This document shows, in pieces, positions 60,461 through 64,000 of a stretch of 64,000 nt of DNA. The notes under the pieces are model-generated. The model was not told the origin of the DNA. It saw only the letters and a program-made list of their open reading frames with translations, and did not search any database. Origin of the DNA: an uncultured Pelagibacteraceae bacterium. Lineage in GTDB: Bacteria; Pseudomonadota; Alphaproteobacteria; Pelagibacterales; Pelagibacteraceae. Position 1 is the first letter of the stretch. Each line of letters opens with the position of its first letter. The stretch is taken from contig CACAUR010000003.1 in the NCBI GenBank assembly GCA_902535745.1, positions 8,747-72,746 of the forward strand, read 5' to 3'. The position numbers and the translations under genes were made by a program.

Positions 60461-60656
60461 GATTTTTTTAGTATTTGAGCTGCTAATAATTGCTATTTAA
60501 AGTTTTTTTTATTATTTTTTCGTTAATTTGCGAGTTTTTTGTAGTTTTTTTAACAGAAATATTCTTTTTTACTATTTATAATATTGTATAATATCAATAG
60601 TTTACATTAATATATTAAAGTATTACCTAAGTTATTAGTAAACATTTGAGACCTAT

Positions 60657-61508
60657 TTATTTAAGCTTTTTAACTATGTTCTCTCTTCTTGATATATAGA
60701 TACCACTTAGAATAATAATAAATAAACCAAGAAAAGTCCATTTATCAGGGAAATCATTGAAGAAGTAATATCCTATTATGATATTTGTAACTATCTCAAA
60801 GTAACTAAATGGAGCTAGTTTCGAGGCATCTGCGTACTTAAGAGACAATATAATAAATAAATGACCTATGCATGCGAATATTCCAATAGCAGCCATCATC
60901 GACCATTGATTTAAGGTAGGTTTAATCCATACGAAAGGCATAACAAATGAGATTATTATGGCCCCTACTACACCAGTTAATAATAAAGTTAATAAAGGAT
61001 TATCAGATGAACTTAGTTTTCGTGTAATTATTAAATAAAAACCATACATAACTCCAGTTCCTAAAGCTGCTAAACTTGCTAAGTTTATTTCTACAAATCC
61101 TGGTCTAATTACTACCATGGATCCAATAAAACCAATTATAACTGCAGACCATCTTCTAAAACCAACTTTCTCACCTAAAAAAATTGGAGAAAATGCTGTA
61201 ACAATTAAAGGGGCAATGAAAGCCAATGTAAGAGCTTTTGCCAAAGAAATTATTGAAATTGAATAAAAAAAACAAACATTTGCAGTTAATAAGATTAAAC
61301 CTCTAATAAGTTGTAGTTTAGGTTTATCGGTCCAAACAAGGTTTTTTCTAAAAAAGAAAAACATTACAGGCAACGTAAATGCCACTGTGAAGAAGTATCT
61401 TGCCCAGGTTATTTGTAAAACTGGAAGATCAGAACTGAGATATTTAGCAAAACCATCCATTATGGGCAGCATTACCCACGCTAATAGGTTAAAAGTTATA
61501 GCTTTCAT
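60657..61508 (-). CDS. DMT/EamA family transporter
   Basis: QITWARY, FLGEKVGFRRWSAVIIGFIG...IRPG and LAPFSY motifs. Confidence 0.9.
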   Translation of the reverse strand: MKAITFNLLAWVMLPIMDGFAKYLSSDLPVLQITWARYFFTVAFTLPVMFFFFRKNLVWTDKPKLQLIRGLILLTANVCFFYSISIISLAKALTLAFIAPLIVTAFSPIFLGEKVGFRRWSAVIIGFIGSMVVIRPGFVEINLASLAALGTGVMYGFYLIITRKLSSSDNPLLTLLLTGVVGAIIISFVMPFVWIKPTLNQWSMMAAIGIFACIGHLFIILSLKYADASKLAPFSYFEIVTNIIIGYYFFNDFPDKWTFLGLFIIILSGIYISRRENIVKKLK

Positions 61509-61518
61509 TATATTATAT

Positions 61519-62415
61519 CTAATTGAAATATCTTAAAGCAAAGAATACCACAATAGGAATAGTTATAAATGACATTAAAGTTGATGTAACAATTGTACTT
61601 GCAATACTATCAACAATTTTTTTAGGAGAATACATGCTACCAACTAAATAGTTTAATATAGCACTTGGCATGGCACTTTGTATTAAAAGTACTCCTGCAG
61701 GAAATCCTGAAAGATCAAAATAATAAATAACAGCAAAGCCTATAATGGGGCCTATTATAACTCTTAAAAACGAGAATATAATTGAGTCTCGAAAAGAAAA
61801 TTTAAACCTCGTCAATGCAATACCCAAAGACATTAATACCAAAAAAATAGTTGCGTAAGTGAGAAGAAAAGTTGTGTTTTCAAGAAATAAAGGTGTTTTT
61901 ATATCGAAATACAGAAAAAAAACAGAGACTATAATTGCGTATACAGGTGGACTTTTAATAAGAATATCAAATGAAAATTTTTTTTTTGCTAAAAAAACAC
62001 CTAAAGTAAAATGAAATAGAATAATTACAGAAGCAACGGCCGAAGCTACTCCTAAACCTTGAATTCCATATGCAAATAAGCAAATTGGAACACCCATATT
62101 CCCAGTATTTGGAAGAATTAACGGTGGGAGCTCCATACTAAGATCTTTTTTAAGAAGGAAAAGTATTATAAGTCCAACTATTGCAAAACCACAAATCATT
62201 AGAATGGCATACACAAAGTAATGAATAAAAATACTTAGAGTTATGCCTGTTGTTGTAACAGTATAAAAAATCATTGCTGGAGTACCAATATTTCCAGCAA
62301 AATTTGTTATAAAATTAGTGTCAAATTTTGGATTTTTTTTACCTAAGTAATAGCCAATACCTATGACAAAAAAAACTGGAAAAATAACTTCAAATATCTT
62401 TACGTATATTTCCAT
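61519..62415 (-). CDS. AEC (auxin efflux carrier) family transporter
   Basis: IGTPAMIF, PNTGNMGVP and QSAMPSA motifs. Confidence 0.88.
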   Translation of the reverse strand: MEIYVKIFEVIFPVFFVIGIGYYLGKKNPKFDTNFITNFAGNIGTPAMIFYTVTTTGITLSIFIHYFVYAILMICGFAIVGLIILFLLKKDLSMELPPLILPNTGNMGVPICLFAYGIQGLGVASAVASVIILFHFTLGVFLAKKKFSFDILIKSPPVYAIIVSVFFLYFDIKTPLFLENTTFLLTYATIFLVLMSLGIALTRFKFSFRDSIIFSFLRVIIGPIIGFAVIYYFDLSGFPAGVLLIQSAMPSAILNYLVGSMYSPKKIVDSIASTIVTSTLMSFITIPIVVFFALRYFN

Positions 62416-62417
62416 TA

Positions 62418-63707
62418 CTAAAAAAGCCTTAATAAAACAGGCTTTTTAAGCACATTTTTGTTTTTTTGTAATGATCTTAGACATTTATCTGAATTAATTT
62501 GTTTAGTTGCATGTGTAATAATAACAATTGAAGCTGTTTTGTTTTTATTATTCGGTATTTGTATTAGTCTTTGAACAGAAATTTTATTATTAGCTAAGTT
62601 TTTTGTGATTTGAGATAATACACCTTGTTTGTCTTTTACTTCAAATCGAATATAAAGAGAATTTTCATAATTATTAAGATCATAACTTTTAATTTTATTC
62701 CGTTTTACATTTGGAATACCAAAAGGATATTTAATATTCCCTCTCAAAATTGACATTAAATCTGACATTAGTGCCGATGATGTGGGTTCAGGCCCTGCCC
62801 CTTCACCTTGTAAAACACTCTCACCAACTGGTTTTCCTTCTAATATAACTGCATTCATTACGCCGCCTACATTACCAATATATGTATTCTTTTTGACCAA
62901 ACACGGGTGAACCCTTTCAAAAAGCTTATTATTGATGATTTCTGTAATACCTAATAATTTTATTCTAAGATTTAATTGATCTGCTATTTCAAAATCTTTT
63001 GGTTCGACATTTTCTATTCCTTCCATCAAAGAAACTGAGTTCGACAAACGTTTGTTAAATGCTAAAGCGGACAAAATTTTAACCTTAGCAAGGGCGTCAT
63101 ACCCATTTAAATCCAATTTTGGATTACCTGGTTCCGCATAACCTAATTTTTGAGCTTTTGTTAGTACATTTTTAAAATTATCTTTTGTTTTTTCCATCTC
63201 AGATAATATGTAATTACATGTTCCGTTCAATATTCCATAAACTTTTGTAATGTGATTGGTAGCAAGACTATCTTTAATTGTTCTAAGAATTGGAATACCA
63301 CCCCCTACTGATGCTTCAAACTCCAAATTCACTCTTTTACTTTCAGCAATGGAAGAAAGTTTGTCACCATGTTTTGATATTAAAGCTTTGTTGGGTGTTA
63401 TTACATGAATTTTCCTATTTAAAGCAAACTCAACACATCTCTTTGACATTCCATCTGACAATCCAATACATTCAAATAAAATATCAACTTGTTTACTCTT
63501 AAGCATTTTGATCGGATCTTTAAAAAAGATTTTTTTATTTATCGGGTATCTTCTTTTTTTATTCTTATTTCTTGCTGATAAACCAACAATTTTTATTTTT
63601 TTTCCTGTTAAAAGCTGAATAGTTTTTTGGTTTCTTTTAAGTTCATTATAAAGAAAAATTCCTATTTGTCCTAAACCTATAATTGCTATATTAAATTCTT
63701 TTTTCAT
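62418..63707 (-). CDS. hom: homoserine dehydrogenase with an ACT domain
   Basis: GLGQIG, EASVGGGIP, GILNGTCNYIL, AQKLGYAE and GAGPEPT motifs; C-terminal DKQGVL ACT domain. Confidence 0.96.
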   Translation of the reverse strand: MKKEFNIAIIGLGQIGIFLYNELKRNQKTIQLLTGKKIKIVGLSARNKNKKRRYPINKKIFFKDPIKMLKSKQVDILFECIGLSDGMSKRCVEFALNRKIHVITPNKALISKHGDKLSSIAESKRVNLEFEASVGGGIPILRTIKDSLATNHITKVYGILNGTCNYILSEMEKTKDNFKNVLTKAQKLGYAEPGNPKLDLNGYDALAKVKILSALAFNKRLSNSVSLMEGIENVEPKDFEIADQLNLRIKLLGITEIINNKLFERVHPCLVKKNTYIGNVGGVMNAVILEGKPVGESVLQGEGAGPEPTSSALMSDLMSILRGNIKYPFGIPNVKRNKIKSYDLNNYENSLYIRFEVKDKQGVLSQITKNLANNKISVQRLIQIPNNKNKTASIVIITHATKQINSDKCLRSLQKNKNVLKKPVLLRLF

Positions 63708-63868
63708 TAGTCTATATTTGGGTAATCTTTAATGTTTCCATTATTTTCAATCAAAACTCTAAACTCTTCAAAAGTCATTTTTTTATTAATGTCGATAACT
63801 TCTGTATTAAGGTCGTGTTTATTACATGAGATTAGAAAAATGAATATTATTGTTAAAAAGTATCTCAT
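63707..63868 (-). CDS. 53-aa putative lipoprotein (absent from the ORF track)
   Basis: [15 protein letters not shown]... lipobox. Overlaps the argC stop (ATGA) and the hom start (TAATG). Confidence 0.65.
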   Translation of the reverse strand: MRYFLTIIFIFLISCNKHDLNTEVIDINKKMTFEEFRVLIENNGNIKDYPNID

Positions 63869-64000
63869 TTTAAACCTTCGTTTAGTTTAAAATTAAAGAT
63901 AAGATTTAAATTTTGAACAGCTTGCCCTGCTCCACCTTTTATCAAATTGTCTATACTGCTAAGAATAATTAATTTTCTTTTATCTTTAGATTTACAAACC
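63865..64000 (-). CDS. argC: C-terminus of N-acetyl-gamma-glutamyl-phosphate reductase (truncated by window end)
   Basis: [18 protein letters not shown] motif. Confidence 0.88.
   Translation of the reverse strand, partial: VCKSKDKRKLIILSSIDNLIKGGAGQAVQNLNLIFNFKLNEGLK

Noticed and set aside
60574-60645. AT-rich palindromes (TATTATATAATATTGTATAATA; GTTTAC...GTAAAC)
   Set aside because: Almost pure A/T and expected by chance; at most a terminator-like structure for the DMT gene.

Overview
Very AT-rich, densely packed alphaproteobacterial chromosome segment. Gene content, gene order and the short intergenic spacers fit Candidatus Pelagibacter (SAR11). Most of the window is core housekeeping: valS, ilvD, zur-znuBC/znuA, xth, erpA, dgt-argS-nagZ-scpAB-tatABC-serS-yajC-secDF, uvrA/ssb-gyrA-coaD-ppi-tgt, recG, the mltB-rlpA-dac-tmk-holB-metG-tatD cluster, nhaA, sbmA, glpX, recJ, hom and argC, plus six tRNAs (Asn, Cys, Lys, Ser, Pro, Glu). 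The unusual material lies at 50.4-60.6 kb. (1) A 1235-bp single-gene element with no integrase is inserted at the tRNA-Glu 3' end. It has a 24-bp att duplication and GC-rich tandem repeats flanking a lipoprotein serine protease. (2) A small surface-glycosylation cluster follows. (3) A Cre-like tyrosine recombinase has a 14-7-14 lox-like inverted repeat immediately upstream of its start codon, where gene orientation flips from + to -. This is a candidate single-recombinase chromosome-dimer-resolution module. (4) Two structured non-coding RNA candidates flank a minimal O6-methylguanine methyltransferase gene. All calls are by eye; no database searches were run.
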